DNA of 64,000 bases from a virus. The notes below the pieces were generated by a model. The model ran no database searches, had not been told where the DNA came from, and worked only from the letters and a program-made list of their open reading frames with translations. The translations under genes and the position numbers were made by a program. Positions 38,857 to 50,255 of this stretch are shown one piece after another. Where the stretch lies: positions 1 through 64,000 of the IMG/VR virus record IMGVR_UViG_3300050343_000117, one strand, 5' to 3'. How positions within the stretch are numbered: the stretch's first letter is position 1; each line of letters starts with the position of its first letter.

Positions 38857-40576
38857 GTACTTTCTCGCATTCTGCTGAAATTCTTGTCCTTGACAAACGA
38901 CAACTTGCGTTCGAAGTGAGCATCTTCCAGTTCAGTCTTGTGAGAAATAACAAAGACATTAGTGTCTTCTTTCAACGTGTCAATAATCTTCATAAGGTTA
39001 TCAACACCTTCACCGTCCAACGAAGAGTCGAACGTTTCATCTAGTATCAACAGATTAGTAGATACCGAATTTTTCATCTTGGCTATTTGTCGCCAAGTAA
39101 ATAGTAGAGACAAATCTATACGTTGTTTCTCACCTTCGGAGAAAGAATCGTACGAGAACGTGTCGCGGTAACGTGACCGGATGGTCTCACTAAAACTATC
39201 GTCCAACTCAAAGTGGACAAAGAAATCTAGAATCTGTAAGTACTTGTTGGTCAACTCATTGATGACCGGCACGTACTGTCGAATGATTTTAGTCTTGATT
39301 CCAGTGTCTCGTAGTAACTCACTTGCAATGCGGTTATACGATGATTTCTCATTCAGAACAAACTTATCATCTGTCAGTCCGTGTAATTCGGAATCCAGCA
39401 TTGTTAGATCTGTATTTGCCTGGCCCATATCACCGTCGCTGTTAGTCATATCTTGCAAGTCTTGTTGTATCTTACCGATAGATCGTTGCAGACGACTAAT
39501 AGTCTGATTGTTATTGTTTAAAGTATTCTGATCTGCAAGACAGCTAGACATCTGTTCCTCTAGGGTCGTTATCTCTGTCTGGTACTGTTTCTGTTGTTCC
39601 TCTGCCTTATCCATTGCAGACTTTAGTTCTTTCGCCTTAGAGGTCGCAGCATCCTTCTTATTCTTTCGCAAGTCTTCTGCAATGTCTTGGTCGCACGTAG
39701 GACATACCTCATTATCATCAAAGAACTTTGCCTCTTTAACCACAGACTTTACCTGTGACTTAAACTGTGCATAATACTCATCCAACTTACTCTTATTGGC
39801 ACGAATACTGCATAAGTTATCTGTAATGGTAGGCATCAAATTATTGACAGTCTCAGATAAAGTAACATTCAGTTCATTGAGTTCCGCGATCTCTGACTGG
39901 AGCTCTGCGATATCTCCCTCTTTATCTTTACGATGCTGAGTGTTGATTGCAGTTAAATCACGGATGTACTTCTTCTGTGAATTTATCTTAGTTTTGATCA
40001 TCTCAATAGAATGGTTGTTGCCCTCGAGCTCGCTTTTGAGGAGAGAGATTTTCTCCTTGAGTATCACATTCATTTTGGAAAATATGTTAATATCAAGAAG
40101 GTCTTCTATCACGTCACGCCGAGAGGTTGAGTTGAGTTGCATGAACGGGACAAAAGACGACGAGCCGAGAACAACAATTTGGTGAAAACTCTTGTGAGAC
40201 ATCTGTAGGACGTTCTTCTCAAGAATCTCTTGATATTCTCTTGCGTGTGAACTCTGGTCGATCATAGTACCATCTTTCCAGATTTCAAACTTGGCGGGTT
40301 TGATTCCCCGCACTACACGGTACTGTATACCATTTACAACAAAGGTTACTTCAGTAACACATCCTTTGTTATTGATCGTGTTAACTAATTGGTTCTTGGT
40401 GATCTTACGGTGAGCCTTACCAAACAATGCAAACGACAACGCGTCAAGCATTGTAGACTTCCCTGCACCGTTTTCACCAACAATAAGATTGGTAGACTGT
40501 CTAGGAAGTTTATATCATTATAATAATCACCCGTCGAAAGAAAGTTCTTCCAACGTAGGGTTTCAAATTTAATCAT
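38853..40576 (-). CDS. 46: Rad50/SbcC-like recombination ATPase gp46 (frameshift near 40500)
   Basis: WKNFLSTG, GENGAGKST, CPTC hook, SFSEGEKQRIDL, LILDE. Confidence 0.93.
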
Positions 40577-41632
40577 GCAATTTCTACGCTCTGTGCTTCA
40601 ATCATTAGTTCAGATACTACGTCGGTGATTCTTTCCTTATCTAAATCAGTCTCGACCTCTTGTATGTAATTATAGATTAAAGTTTCCGTGTCGTCAACCC
40701 TTAAATCCTCATCTGAGACATTTTCACCACGAAATTCTTTAAAATCTTCGGCAATCTTGAGCTCATGAATCTTCTGTCGCTGGATTCTCTCGACATATCT
40801 TTCAAACTTCTGCATATCTGAACGATTAGACACAATCAATTTGACAAACTTACCATCTAGATATGAGAGGATCCTCGAAGAAATTAATGGTGTTCTCATC
40901 ATAATAAATCTTATGAAACAGTGTGACCGTGTTCTGAATAGGCATCATCTCACGAGTCTCTGTATCAAAGACATGGAAGAACTTTCTATCATGTGCATCG
41001 TTCCAGAAGAATTCCATCTGTGCGCCAAGATAATGGATGTTACCTTTACTTGACTTAGTGTGGAAGTGTCCAGACAGCACGGTCTCGAAGCGTTGTAGAG
41101 GTTTAGGGTCCATACCCTCTTTACATACTAAACCCTTGTCCATTTCAAACCCTGCGAGTTCGAAGTGACCACCAATGACATCTGCACCACAATTCTCTAG
41201 GAACTTCAAGCACTCTTTCTCATTCTCAGGGCATATCCAAGGGACAAGACCAAACTTGACACCGCCATAATCACGCACAATAGGGTCCATGAGAATGTCC
41301 ACCTCATTGATATAGTGACCCATCAACTCCTTGAGAGAGTTCAACTCGATAGTGTTTTTGAAATAAACGTCGTGGTTGCCAGGAATGATATCCATGTGAA
41401 TATTATACTCACGGAGTTTATCCAAGAATATCTGGCGGTTGTGGTTCAACGCTTTGAGGTTGATAGTCTTACGGTTATCATAGTAGTCACCCAGATGTAA
41501 AATCTGAGTAATACCATTTTGTTTCAAATAAGGAAAGAACACCTCACTGTAGAAGCGTTCTTGGTAATCCATAAAGATATCCGAAGAATTACGACATCCG
41601 CAGTGGGTGTCGTTAAGTATTGCTATTTTCAT
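40573..41632 (-). CDS. 47: Mre11/SbcD-like nuclease gp47 (frameshift near 40870)
   Basis: NDTHCG, HLGDYYDNRK, GNHD, SGHFH. Confidence 0.93.
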
Positions 41633-41662
41633 AAATGACTCAACTCAATTTATATGACGACT

Positions 41663-41691
41663 ATTATACTACAAAAAAAGGTGTCTGTCAA
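41663..41691 (-). promoter_or_regulatory. Sigma70-type promoter of gp47
   Basis: TTGACA-17nt-TATAAT. Confidence 0.8.
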
Positions 41692-41812
41692 GTTTAATCT
41701 GAAAATCTTCCGTCTTTTATGAGGTGGTGTAGTCGGTGTGTGAAGATAGTCCACAGCAAACAAAATAGGGAATCCTCTTTGTAGGTTCCTGCTTTGCACT
41801 CATAAGTCCACA

Positions 41813-42404
41813 TCATTCTATAAAGTCCGATAGGTCTGAGTCTACGTATACAGCACGTTTCTTTCTTTGCTTTTTCTTCTTTCACGTATTCTTTGAATTC
41901 TGAGTCTGCACTCTTTACTACATCAATACGTTGTCTGAGAGTGTCAACAAAGGGAGATGATTGTTGCTGATATACACCATCCTCATTGTCACCATCCATG
42001 AATGCGCTGATATCTGCCTCAGCAATATACTTCATTTTGATGTCTTGTTGTTTCTTTTCTTTTTGGATTCTCCGAAGAAAAGCATACCATGATATCTGTG
42101 TGAAGTATGAAAATGCATTAGGTTTACCGGATCGGGTAGCTGCTTCGATGTCATAATTCTCAATTGCTTTGAGACAATTCTCGACAGCATCCATAACCAT
42201 CTCTTCCCGATAAGTATATCGGACAAAGTTTGCTCTGTGAGAAAGGCCTTCTGCGATCTTTAGAAAACATGTAGCAATATAATTAGTTACTACAGGATGA
42301 TCCTTACCGTTTTCTTTTGCTTCTTTTACAGTGGTACAATATTCGACAACTGCATTTGAGAAGTCTTTGTTACTTACGTAGTGCGGTTTTTCTTTAGGCT
42401 TCAT
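41813..42404 (-). CDS. 55: Late sigma factor gp55 (C-terminal frameshift)
   Basis: HYVSNKDF, KIAEGLSHRANF, YTYREEMVMDAVENC, NAFSYFTQI, AFLRRIQKEKKQ. Confidence 0.93.
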
Positions 42405-42432
42405 AATATATAACTCGTTTAATTTAGTACGT

Positions 42433-42461
42433 ATTATACCAAAATATTACTGGTCTGTCAA
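42433..42461 (-). promoter_or_regulatory. Sigma70-type promoter of gp55
   Basis: TTGACA-17nt-TATAAT. Confidence 0.8.
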
Positions 42462-42872
42462 TCGGTTACTATCAACTACTCTATTTCTTAGGTCGCTAGA
42501 TGAGAACCTATGAGACCTTTCATTGAAGTATAACTGTATGCCGCGTTTACGACAAATATCCTTTCCTGTAAAATCTAAATCTCGATACTCTTCACCCATG
42601 ATACGCAAGTCTATTTGGTACATGGCAAGAATATCTTCTAAGTCTTGTTCAGTTACATAAGGGATGATTTCATCAACATAGCCCACAGCATTCAACTGAG
42701 TGTATCTCTCGACAATAGATTGTACAGGGGGGTTTTTAAAAGATCGGTCTAATGAGGGGTCTACTTGTAATCCACATATGAGATAGTCACAGTGTGCTTT
42801 CGCATCTCGTAACATAGCGACATGACCCGCATGAAGAAGGTCGAATGACGAACATGTAAATCCAATTACCAT
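42447..42872 (-). CDS. Glycerol-3-phosphate cytidylyltransferase-like (TagD family)
   Basis: FDLLHAGH, YLICGLQVDP, VDEIIPY, RSHRFSSSDLR. Confidence 0.85.
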   Translation of the reverse strand: MVIGFTCSSFDLLHAGHVAMLRDAKAHCDYLICGLQVDPSLDRSFKNPPVQSIVERYTQLNAVGYVDEIIPYVTEQDLEDILAMYQIDLRIMGEEYRDLDFTGKDICRKRGIQLYFNERSHRFSSSDLRNRVVDSNRLTDQ

Positions 42873-42889
42873 TAATTTCTCACTTGCCC

Positions 42890-42918
42890 TTGACATATCT
42901 CATTTTATAGTGTATAAT
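42890..42918 (+). promoter_or_regulatory. Antisense-oriented sigma70 consensus promoter
   Basis: TTGACA-17nt-TATAAT on the plus strand. Confidence 0.6.
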
Positions 42919-42950
42919 CTAGCCTTGTCCCCGCCGGGTAATATAGCAGA

Positions 42951-43395
42951 TTAATTCATCAACATTCCGTCGACATCGGAGTCCAATTCTTCGTCTTCGG
43001 TTGATTCTTCCTTCATTTCATCTAACCAATCATCTAATGATTTAGGTTCTTCATCAAAATCATTTTCTAAAGACTTGAAACTCTTCTTCTTCAAGATAAT
43101 GAGCAAGTTCCTTAATAGCAGTCCGGTACTGTTGAACCATTTCTTTAGCAGGAACCGCAAGAGACATAATTTTATCAGTAAATATTAAAATACAATTGGT
43201 TGGAGTATCTTGATATACCATGTATGTCTTAAACGTGAAGAATTTTTCACCATTCTTCAGTGTGTTCTGCATCAAACTCATTGCGTTATTAACTACAATA
43301 GACTCTGGGGCCTCATCTAATACTTCACAGATAAGTTCCTCACCCGTTATTAATTTCAAATGTCTAACCGAAGAACTCATCTTCATCATTATCAT
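42951..43395 (-). CDS. Sm-like hypothetical protein downstream of uvsW (frameshifted acidic tail)
   Basis: HLKLITGEELICEV; conserved position after uvsW. Confidence 0.65.
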
Positions 43396-44898
43396 TCTAC
43401 TCTTATAGGTTTTAGGTCAATAGGGTAAATCTTATATTTAAACCCTTCTTTAGTATATATCTTTATTCTTTCGGCACTATGTTTCAAAGTAAAATTCTTA
43501 TGAGATTTGACATGGAGATCGTCAGCGATATCAATAAGCTTAGTAGTCCTACCATCGTCAGACTGGCGCAAGCCACGACCAATTGACTGGAGCACTTTAA
43601 CTTGAGATTTCGATGGAGTCGCAAATACAATATTATGCAAATTGCGGATGTTGATGCCAGTGCTGAAAGTGCCAAGAGAGGCAACAATAATAGCGTCATT
43701 TTCTTTTTCTACGATACCTCGTATCTGTTCACGATCAGTGGCATCCACCTCACCCGACACATAGAATACTTTGCGTCCTTCTGGTGAAAGATCCTTTGAT
43801 CATTTCATACAACACCTTTCCGTGTTTCTCTACAAACTGAAACATAACTAAGGTATTGCCCTTTTGATCCAACGCAATCTTACTTATAAACTTATTACGT
43901 GGTTCATATGTGACAATGTAATCAAGTTCATCTTGATACTTCTTGTCTTTCATCATGTTACATATATCATTGTGGTACCGCAATAACAGATATTGAGATA
44001 TCCAACTCTGCAAGTTCTTTTGTTCTTCTGTAAGTTCCACGGTGCGTGTCACCGTAAACGTCGGACCAAATAAACCTTCTAGCACCAGTTTGTTTGTTTC
44101 AGTACCATCCAGAGTACCTGTGAGACCAAATCTGTATTTGTGCTTCTGTGCACTTGTCCATCATAGTGGACAATGACTTTGCTTTGAAAAGATGTACTTC
44201 ATCACCAAAGATAGTGTCGAACTGTGCTCGAACCATTCTTTACCGAACTTGTAGATTGATTGCCATGTAGAAATTATGACACGCGTTTGTCCGTAACCTT
44301 TTCTTTACCGGAGTAGATCTTATGGCAGAACTCATCGACATCGTACCCATAGTCTGCAAAGTCTTTGTACATCTGTTCCACTAAAGAAGTAGTAGGGACT
44401 ACAACCAGAATTTTCCCGTCAGTGACCTCATAGCAGTACCGAAGCAAGTTATAAATGATAAATGATTTCCCGCTACCAGTAGGACTAAGTAGTATACAGC
44501 GTCGATGCTCAACTCCGTGAGAAATAGCTCTGTACTGATAGTCCCTAGGCTTGAAGGGAGCATCAAGAACAGATAAAAACTCAACCAGAGCAGGGTGATC
44601 GATGTCGTCTCTAAACGACGGTATTCCATAGATTTCATGTTCGAGTATCTCAAGTTGATAAAAACGATCCGCACAAAAACGACGTAGGTGTTGATATAAA
44701 CCTACGTTCATTTGTTTAGACACCATATTGTAAAGTTTTACTTTACCGTCCCAGTGCCTAGACTTGTACGCTGGCATAAACTTGTAGCCAGGTACAAAGA
44801 AGGAGAAGTACTCCCTCAATTCATTTTCTTGTGCTGGATGTGCCTCTACCATAAAGTGGGAATGGTCTTTCATCCGTGATTCGTATCTTATTATCCAC
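43392..44898 (-). CDS. uvsW: RNA-DNA helicase UvsW (several frameshifts)
   Basis: PRDYQ, SPTGSGKS, VVVPTTSLVEQM, GTFSTGINI, LQSIGRGLR. Confidence 0.92.
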
Positions 44899-45338
44899 CG
44901 GCTTCGAACTTTCTCCAATCAATCATGTTCTTGATGGTCTGGTGTCTCCACTTCAAAGTGTCAACAATTTGCACCAAGGTATCTATCAGAGTCTTATGGT
45001 ATAAAACCTTTTCCTCAGACTTCTGAATTTCTGGGTCACTATCGTAGTAGTAATCCATCTCACCTTTCAATATTCGTAGTCCACCAAATGGGTCTAAGTC
45101 CCAACCCTTCTCACGAAGAGTCTGTTCGTCCATCTTCCCATTATAGTACAACCACTTATCTTTCAATAATGTTTTCTGGTTGTTCTCAGCACGTTTCAAT
45201 TGCAATTTTGCAAGAGCAAGATACTGTAAGTACTTTGCATGTAACTTAGGTGTCTGCCGCGACACCTCATCTAACTGGTGTTGCGGTATATTACTGTCCT
45301 CATCCCATTCGGAATAGGACACTCTCCAAATCAATCAT
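44891..45338 (-). CDS. uvsY: Recombination mediator UvsY
   Basis: TPKLHAKYL, KWLYYNGK, IKNMIDWRKFEAG; position before uvsW. Confidence 0.85.
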
Positions 45339-45366
45339 ATAGAAACCTTAATCATATAAGGTATAT

Positions 45367-45395
45367 AGTATAACACTAAGTCGTTATAAAGTCAA
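45367..45395 (-). promoter_or_regulatory. Sigma70-like promoter of uvsY
   Basis: TTGACT-17nt-TATACT. Confidence 0.6.
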
Positions 45396-46021
45396 CACAA
45401 TCTTGCCAATAATCTTCGTCATGACCTAGCACATAACTCAAGGTCATCCTGTAACAGTTGGTCCTTGCGGCATGGTAGACCACATCACCAGAACCATATG
45501 CGCCAAAGTGTCCCGCCTTTAGATTCCAACCTTGTTCGTCCTGAACAGTGATGACTTCTTGGGTCTTTGGGTCTACATATTTAAACCACCCATCTCCTCT
45601 TTCTGACCAAGTAAAGATGAGGTTATATGCGGAGGCGTTTGCATTATTATGCCAACCGATAAACCCTTGGGGTGGGTATAGCGTGGAAAGGGCACTATGT
45701 TGTACACCCAGTTCTTCGGTCAAAGACGCATTTAAATTATGCCAAGTCTTTGCGTACTCTTCTGGGTGTGTACCCTTGTAGTGGTCGGGTTTGATAGGAT
45801 AACATACCGAAGTGGATGCGGCACCGTCATGGTTTTCTCCCATGTCGATGATTCTCCACATTTCATCTTCACCAGTATAGTGATCCGCCATACCCTCCAT
45901 CTCCGGAAACATGCATCGATTGGTTTCCTCCGGTTGATATAGTTCACGGTAAGTATACCGGAAGTCTTCGAGAATACTCAAAACACCCGCATTCTTGATT
46001 TGAGTATTTCTTGAGGCTCAT
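45376..46021 (-). CDS. Putative 2OG-Fe(II)-type oxygenase, paralogue of 23012-23695
   Basis: YPPQGFIGWHNN...YHAA...RMTLSY; probable 5' frameshift. Confidence 0.55.
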
Positions 46022-46485
46022 GACAGAACAAATTCACTAAATCTGAATCCCGCATCAAAGTTAACATAGGTGACATCACCAGTTGTTGATGCTAGCTCAA
46101 CTGACCCCAATGATGTAGGAATGCAGTTTTTATATAGTATTTGTGCACAGAAGTTATTATGACTAGTTAACACAATGACTCGAATATCGTGGTATGGATC
46201 TCCTTCTCCATATACGGAACCCTCCAACCACTTCTGCATTTCTTTGTATGCGGTTAAGTCTTCGTCTAGTATTAGTGTCAACGTTAATTCACCATAATCA
46301 ATAGAGTCGCCGGGAACAGGTAATCCACCCGAAAGTCTTGGATTAGCCATAACAGCAGCACCCACTGTAGAGCCTGGATGTTGTACCGACTGCGCAAAGA
46401 ACTCTAAGTTACCATAGTTTTCTCGTTCGATGACAACACGGAATCCGGTAGGTTGCAAGAAGTTTTTATTTTCTGTAAGTGCCAT
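46018..46485 (-). CDS. 3: Tail tube terminator gp3-like protein
   Basis: NFLQPTGF, PGDSIDYGELTL, LDEDL..Y.E...W; late promoter at 46508-46515. Confidence 0.8.
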   Translation of the reverse strand: MALTENKNFLQPTGFRVVIERENYGNLEFFAQSVQHPGSTVGAAVMANPRLSGGLPVPGDSIDYGELTLTLILDEDLTAYKEMQKWLEGSVYGEGDPYHDIRVIVLTSHNNFCAQILYKNCIPTSLGSVELASTTGDVTYVNFDAGFRFSEFVLS

Positions 46486-46549
46486 AATATGTCCTCTGTA
46501 TGCATCTTATTTATACAGGTTGATAAGTGCCTTCCTTGGCGATCTTACT

Positions 46550-46756
46550 CTATTCCTCTTCTGGTGAAGTTGCATCTGTGCCAGTCTTGTCTGCAACATC
46601 TTTAATCAAATTAGATGTTACATCCAACACACCTGCGGTCACACCAAAGACATCGGAACCGACACCTTTAATAACACCACCAGTACCGTCAATGGTTGCA
46701 TCGACAGTTGAGCAAGCAGATAAAACTAATGCGAATGCAATTGCAATAAAACGCAT
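46550..46756 (-). CDS. Small lipoprotein
   Basis: Signal peptide with LSA-C lipobox; AGGAG RBS; late promoter at 46858-46865. Confidence 0.7.
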   Translation of the reverse strand: MRFIAIAFALVLSACSTVDATIDGTGGVIKGVGSDVFGVTAGVLDVTSNLIKDVADKTGTDATSPEEE

Positions 46757-46867
46757 AGTATTCTCCTGTTTTCTAGATTACTGGATGACCAGATTCCGAA
46801 CGCTTACCCATATAGGGCATCCCCCCACTGTTACTTTGTTCAGTTCTTGAACACAGTTATTTATATA

Positions 46868-46894
46868 CAAAAAAAAGGGAGCCCGAAGACTCCC
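46868..46894 (-). terminator. Intrinsic terminator after gp23
   Basis: GGGAGTC-TTCG-GGCTCCC followed by a T-run. Confidence 0.85.
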
Positions 46895-46941
46895 TAAAAA
46901 CGACTAGTAAACTAGTTCTAATTTTTATATGTTACTTAGAC

Positions 46942-48273
46942 TTACGATGTTACCATCAAGTTGTCTACGCGCATGATGCGGTAGTACGTGTTCTTACCAG
47001 CAGAACTCTGTACACCTGCTCCACCGTTAGCATCTGTAACGAATGGGTTTGCAGCCATGCCGTAACGAGTCTTGAAACCAATCTTAGGTTGGAAATCATT
47101 CTCGCCAACTGCCTTGACCATCTGTAGTGGTACGTATGGGCAGTAGAATACACCAGCGTCATAAGCGTTAGAACCCTTATATCCGACAGTAATGTAATCG
47201 ATTGATGCATATGGATCGATGTAAACTTTCATCTTACCGTTTAGAGTACCAGCAAAAGTATTACCAGTATCATCTACAGAAAGACCAGCGCCTACTTGAT
47301 AGTCCAACTGACCAGAAGCAGCAAGTGCAGTAGCAACGTCTGAAGAACAGATTACGATGTTACCCTTACCACGACGAGTTGACTTAGCAATCTCGTTCGC
47401 TTCACGATCTAATTGAATTACTAGACCTTTGAACTTCTCTGCTGACCATCGTCCGTCTGCATCAGCAGTTAGATCGAATACGCCTTTAGCAGCGATTGAT
47501 GCTTGTTGTGCACCTAGAACAGCTTGAGTGTTTACTGTACGAATCACTTCACGGTTGATTTCCGCTAGGATTTCAGTTGAAAGAATGTTCGCTAGTTCTG
47601 TTTCTGCGTCAAGACCGTGGATTGCTTTCAAGTCTTGTGCAAGTTCTAGAGAGTACTCTGCCTTCAATGCACGTGACTTAGCAACAACAGATTGCTTCTC
47701 GATTGAGAAACCCATTTCTGCGAAGTCTGGACCAGTGTTACCTAGAGATTCAGCAACAGAAGTGTTCATTGGTCGACCAGCAGCATCTAGTTCACGAGTT
47801 GATGCAGGGTCTAGGTCAGCTGGATTGAATCCAGACATACCTGATGAATCACTAGTCTGTGATGAACCAGTAGAACCAGAGAATGCTGAGTTTGGTTCGT
47901 TTAGACCTAGAGCTTCGTCACCAATCTGTGTATCGTAGTGCGACTTCATAGCAAAGATAAGACCAGTAGGTCCTGACATTGGCTGTACACCACATACGTC
48001 ATATGCCATTAGGTTTGGCATCGCACGACGTACTAGGGAAATCATTACTGGGTCCCAGTTACCGATTGGTGCAGCACCACCGTTCTGTGCGTTAGTTGGA
48101 GTTTCAGTTAGGAAACCAGCAGATGCAGCACGCTCTTCCATCATTGCTTTTTCTTGGTTTTCTAGGATTGCAGCAGTTACCGCTTTGCGGTGATGATCTT
48201 GGATCTTACCAGCAGATTCTTCATTTAGTACTGGTGACCACTTCTCGATCAATTGATCGTATGAATTGTTCAT
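46942..48273 (-). CDS. 23: Major capsid protein gp23
   Basis: KWSPVL, LVRRAMPNLMAYDVCGVQPMSGPTGLIFAM, SRALKAEYS.ELAQDLKAIHGLDAE, YCPYVPL, FKTRYG. Confidence 0.97.
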   Translation of the reverse strand: MNNSYDQLIEKWSPVLNEESAGKIQDHHRKAVTAAILENQEKAMMEERAASAGFLTETPTNAQNGGAAPIGNWDPVMISLVRRAMPNLMAYDVCGVQPMSGPTGLIFAMKSHYDTQIGDEALGLNEPNSAFSGSTGSSQTSDSSGMSGFNPADLDPASTRELDAAGRPMNTSVAESLGNTGPDFAEMGFSIEKQSVVAKSRALKAEYSLELAQDLKAIHGLDAETELANILSTEILAEINREVIRTVNTQAVLGAQQASIAAKGVFDLTADADGRWSAEKFKGLVIQLDREANEIAKSTRRGKGNIVICSSDVATALAASGQLDYQVGAGLSVDDTGNTFAGTLNGKMKVYIDPYASIDYITVGYKGSNAYDAGVFYCPYVPLQMVKAVGENDFQPKIGFKTRYGMAANPFVTDANGGAGVQSSAGKNTYYRIMRVDNLMVTS

Positions 48274-48285
48274 TTTTCTAATTCC

Positions 48286-49335
48286 TTATTTCTTAGAGGT
48301 TTTACGCAGAGCAGTAATGTAACCTTCCATCATAGAAGATACTTCAACTTCTTCTTCAGCTTCTTCTGAAACTGATTCTTCGATTTGCTCTGGGATTTCT
48401 TTTGAGAAGTATGACTCTTTGACAGTGTTTACTTTAGTTGTGAATGTTTCTTCACTATCAAAGTCTACGCTTTCTAGAAGGTCTTTTAACTTCTCCGCTT
48501 GAGTGTCTGCTAGGTCACGAGTTGCTTCAGCGATGATTGACTCACGCTTGTAAGTTTCTAGTTCTCCAGCAAGTGAAATTGCGTCACCAGTAGTAGCGTT
48601 CAAACGCTCTTCTAATTCTTCTACTTGTGATGCTAGATCGTCAACTAGGTCTACCTTAGACTCTGGGACTTCAATGTAAGACTCTACAAATACGTCTTTC
48701 ATTTTTGCCATGAACCCTTCAGCGATTTCGGTACGTAGACCGGATTGGATCGCTAACTTGTTCTCTTCCATCCAAGATTCAACAACATAGTTTAGGTAAG
48801 AATCGACTTTACCGACTAGGTCAGTTTTAATCGAATCGACTTCTTCAGCAAGTTCTTCAGTGTATTGCTCTTCAAGACGCGAAACTTCTTCAGACAGCTT
48901 TGACTTAACTGCTGCTTCAAAAATTACCGATGTCTTTTCCTTGAACTCTTCTGATAGAGTTGCTTCACCTTCAACGATTGCAGCTAGTTCAGACTGAGTC
49001 TCAACTTGTTCTGCAACTAAGTCTTCTGCGTCAACACCTTCACAGACTTTGTCGTATGCTGCCATTAGATCGCTCTTCTTCATTTTAGAAGCGGTCATAT
49101 ACATTGCATTCAACATGCCTGCTTTAGTTTTCGGCTTAGGCGGGGTTGCCTTAGAAGTTGCGTCCGCTGCTTTGTCTACAGATGCAATTGATTCTGGTTC
49201 AGAAACTTCCTGACCATCACCTTTTGCGCCTTTAGCCGACGGAGCTTGTGCTTCTTCGAGAGTTTCCTCCACGATTTCGTTAGACTCAATCTCAGTATCG
49301 CGGATTTCACTTTCTACTTGATTTAAATCAGTCAT
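48286..49335 (-). CDS. 22: Prohead core scaffold gp22
   Basis: LSEEFKEK..IFEAAV, VDSYLNYVVE; acidic coiled coil. Confidence 0.9.
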   Translation of the reverse strand: MTDLNQVESEIRDTEIESNEIVEETLEEAQAPSAKGAKGDGQEVSEPESIASVDKAADATSKATPPKPKTKAGMLNAMYMTASKMKKSDLMAAYDKVCEGVDAEDLVAEQVETQSELAAIVEGEATLSEEFKEKTSVIFEAAVKSKLSEEVSRLEEQYTEELAEEVDSIKTDLVGKVDSYLNYVVESWMEENKLAIQSGLRTEIAEGFMAKMKDVFVESYIEVPESKVDLVDDLASQVEELEERLNATTGDAISLAGELETYKRESIIAEATRDLADTQAEKLKDLLESVDFDSEETFTTKVNTVKESYFSKEIPEQIEESVSEEAEEEVEVSSMMEGYITALRKTSKK

Positions 49336-49345
49336 AGTGACTCCT

Positions 49346-50005
49346 TTATGTTTTAGATTTGATTAACGAGAGGAAATTCTTAAACTCACGAATTTGCACT
49401 TCTGGACGATGTGCAATCGGCGCTTGCTTGATTTCAGTCTCTATCTCTTCAATGACTTGAGGTTGAAGTATACCATTATTCCATACCCAGTCAACACCTT
49501 CCATAATCCCATTAACGAAAGCTTCAGGTGCACTAGGGTCCTGTACAATATCTACAGTATTCAGAATAAAGTCTTCTTTGACGTACATAATGCCGCCTTT
49601 ACTCTCAAGACTTCCCATACCACGAGTTGACACTCCTAATTGAACACCACCCTCTAAGAGACCTTTTACGATCTTTCCCATAGGGGTATCTAATATTTGT
49701 GCCTTTCCGACCACATCATTTCCCTCAAGTTTGAGGTCTGTGATGAGATGCGAAACTTTATCCAAGTTAACGGTTGGTCCTTCAGGGTGATTGAGTTCCC
49801 CTACAGCACGTTTCTTGCTAACTTGGTCTTCAACGTATTTATTTACCGCATTCTCCATAATGGCCTTTGGGTAAATACGTCCGTTACGATTCTTTTTGTC
49901 TGCTTGCGCAAATACACCTTCAATGACGAAATTTTTCTCACCATTCTCTTTAGCTTCGACGATACACTGAACGTCGTTTTCTACGTATTCGCTAATCAGT
50001 TTCAT
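49346..50005 (-). CDS. 21: Prohead protease gp21
   Basis: NRNGRIYP, GELNHP, GVSTRGMGSL, DIVQDPSAP. Confidence 0.95.
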   Translation of the reverse strand: MKLISEYVENDVQCIVEAKENGEKNFVIEGVFAQADKKNRNGRIYPKAIMENAVNKYVEDQVSKKRAVGELNHPEGPTVNLDKVSHLITDLKLEGNDVVGKAQILDTPMGKIVKGLLEGGVQLGVSTRGMGSLESKGGIMYVKEDFILNTVDIVQDPSAPEAFVNGIMEGVDWVWNNGILQPQVIEEIETEIKQAPIAHRPEVQIREFKNFLSLIKSKT

Positions 50006-50006
50006 T

Positions 50007-50204
50007 TTATTTTCCTAAGTCTTTGAGGACTTGTTTCGCGGTTGACTCCGCTTCTTTTTGTGACTTAAACGTATCGACAGAATCACCATCGATAGTTAGG
50101 TGAAATCCTTTCGCAGTTTTTGTGATAACAACAGGATACTTGGACATCTTCTTGTTGAAGACTACCTTGTCCTTTGATTCACGAATTTGTTGAAAAGTTT
50201 TCAC
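50007..50204 (-). CDS. Small prohead core protein (gp68 position)
   Basis: MKTFQQIRES start; late promoters at 50224-50231 and 50240-50247. Confidence 0.6.
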   Translation of the reverse strand: MKTFQQIRESKDKVVFNKKMSKYPVVITKTAKGFHLTIDGDSVDTFKSQKEAESTAKQVLKDLGK

Positions 50205-50255
50205 AATAAGTCCCCTTTAGGAGTATTTATACAAAAAAATATTTATAACTGAAAT

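Noticed and set aside
41694-41816. Unusual C-terminal extension on gp55
   Set aside because: A frameshift joins gp55 (true end ...DSDLSDFIE at 41813) to a separate 40-aa ORF
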